From Blautia sp. (GTDB lineage: Bacteria > Bacillota > Clostridia > Lachnospirales > Lachnospiraceae): a DNA stretch of 64,000 bases. The stretch lies in assembly GCA_017475035.1 (NCBI GenBank), contig JAFVGK010000121.1:13015-77014 (forward strand). The letters run 5' to 3'. A model generated the notes under the pieces. That model ran no database searches. It was not told where the DNA came from and was given only the letters and a program-made list of their open reading frames with translations. Position 1 is the stretch's first letter. Every line of letters begins with the position of its first letter. Both the position numbers and the translations under genes were made by a program. Shown here piece by piece: positions 62,771 through 64,000 of the stretch.

Positions 62771-64000
62771 ATGGATAAGAAAGATAACACCCTCGTTAAA
62801 AATGCCTCATTTTTGATGGTTGCCGCTCTGATCTCCAAGATTATCGGTATGCTCTATAAGAGTCCGCTTTCCACAATTCTCGGAAGCAATAGTTATGCCC
62901 TCTTCCAATATGCGCAAAATGCCTATTTCATTTTGCTGATGATTGCGACCTTCAGTATCCCGCAGGCAGTATCGAAGGTGATGGCTGAAAAGCTTGCCTT
63001 TAAACGGTATCGGGATGCACAGAGGGTTTTCCATGGCGCGCTGCTCTACGCTGTTGTCGCGGGAGGAGCTGTCGCCTTAATTTGCGTTTTTGGCGCTTCG
63101 ATCCTGGTACCGGCTTCGATGGCAAATGCGAGACTGGCTCTGAGGATGCTGGCGCCTACGATTTTCCTGTCGGGTATCCTTGGGGTTTTCAGAGGGTACT
63201 TTCAGGCTTACCGTAATATGCTGCCTACTTCGATTTCGCAGATCGTTGAGCAGATTTTTGTCGCGGCAGTCGCCCTTGTGATGGCCGGCTTCATGACGAG
63301 ACGCTTTGCCGGTATGGGAGAAGTAGCCGTACAGCGCTGGGGCGCCGCCGGAGCGACTATGGGTACCGGGGCTGGTGTCCTGGCTGCCCTGCTGTTCATG
63401 ATGCTGATTTATCAGCTGAACCGCCGTACGATCCGGATGCGTGTCAAGAAGGACAGAGTATCACTTGACGAGGATATGGGAACGGTGATGCGGGAATTGA
63501 TCACGATCATCACCCCGATCATGCTCGGCGCGGCGGCTTATAACGCAAACAGTTTTCTGAACAGTTATCTGTTTTCCGGCATCAGCGGCGCAAGAGGCCT
63601 TAGCAGCTCGACAATCGAGGTGCTTTACGCAGAGTATGGTTTTTACGGTACCTTGATAAATATCCCTCTTACGCTTGCCGGCACTGCCCCGATGTCCATG
63701 ATTCCCGAAGTCTCCGGCCACTATGCCAGGGGAGAGATTCAACTGGCCTGTCAGAAAATAGACCGCGCCACATGGATCTGTATGTTGATTTCGATTCCGT
63801 CGGCAGCTGGACTTGCTGTCCTGGCCGGTCCGATTACAAGGCTGATTTTTCCGGGAACAAATGGAGTCGCCGCCCGGATGATGCTGATCGGGGCAATTAC
63901 GATTATTCTGAATGGAAACTCAAATGTCTCAAACGGGGTTCTCCAGGGGATCGGGAAACCAAATATCCCGTTAATCAATGCGGTTATCGCGCTTGTGGCA
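62771..64000 (+). CDS. MOP-superfamily polysaccharide/lipid II flippase (SpoVB/YabM/MurJ-like), truncated at the window end; absent from the supplied ORF track
   Basis: Translated by hand from ATG 62771: MDKKDNTLVKNASFLMVAALISKIIGMLYKSPL...FRGYFQ...SISQIVEQ; no stop noticed before 64000. Confidence 0.85.
   Translation, partial: MDKKDNTLVKNASFLMVAALISKIIGMLYKSPLSTILGSNSYALFQYAQNAYFILLMIATFSIPQAVSKVMAEKLAFKRYRDAQRVFHGALLYAVVAGGAVALICVFGASILVPASMANARLALRMLAPTIFLSGILGVFRGYFQAYRNMLPTSISQIVEQIFVAAVALVMAGFMTRRFAGMGEVAVQRWGAAGATMGTGAGVLAALLFMMLIYQLNRRTIRMRVKKDRVSLDEDMGTVMRELITIITPIMLGAAAYNANSFLNSYLFSGISGARGLSSSTIEVLYAEYGFYGTLINIPLTLAGTAPMSMIPEVSGHYARGEIQLACQKIDRATWICMLISIPSAAGLAVLAGPITRLIFPGTNGVAARMMLIGAITIILNGNSNVSNGVLQGIGKPNIPLINAVIALVA

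Noticed and set aside
1-64000. Autonomous mobile elements, prophage, defence systems, tRNA or rRNA genes
   Set aside because: No transposase, integrase, phage, cas or restriction motifs in any ORF, and no cloverleaf or rRNA-like sequence recognised; any enzyme mobilising repeats A-D must lie outside this window.

Overview
A 64-kb stretch of core chromosome from an anaerobic Bacillota bacterium; gene order and protein style suggest a Blautia-like Lachnospiraceae (inference). It carries an ECF Co/Ni transporter (cbiMQO-type), a 5-oxoprolinase operon (pxpABC, DUF1445, NRAMP-like permease), an opp/dpp ABC operon, a Cache-GGDEF protein, a 1.2-kaa NlpC/P60 protein, pduL, an ABC-F ATPase, aroK, nifJ/PFOR, a cobamide nucleotide-loop cluster (cobT, cobU, cobS), apt-rel-MBL-hemZ-hisS-aspS, a MacAB/YknXYZ-like ABC system with two adaptors, argS, ung and a truncated MurJ/SpoVB-like flippase. 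I saw no rRNA, tRNA, transposase, integrase, phage gene or CRISPR-cas. The most unusual signal is non-coding: several families of dispersed, structured repeats. Family B (~95 bp, about 15 full or partial copies) ends in a Shine-Dalgarno sequence that appears to serve about 8 unrelated genes, and it has also been read in-frame into two proteins. Family A (~235 nt, 2 copies) and family C (150-185 nt, 2 copies plus a fragment, one nested inside a B copy) are rod-like hairpins with strand-specific G-U pairs; A also shows compensatory changes. Notable protein architectures: an MscS channel with two probable Cache-type sensor domains, and HemZ (radical SAM) fused to an HD-GYP domain. All family assignments come from motif recognition by eye, not database searches.
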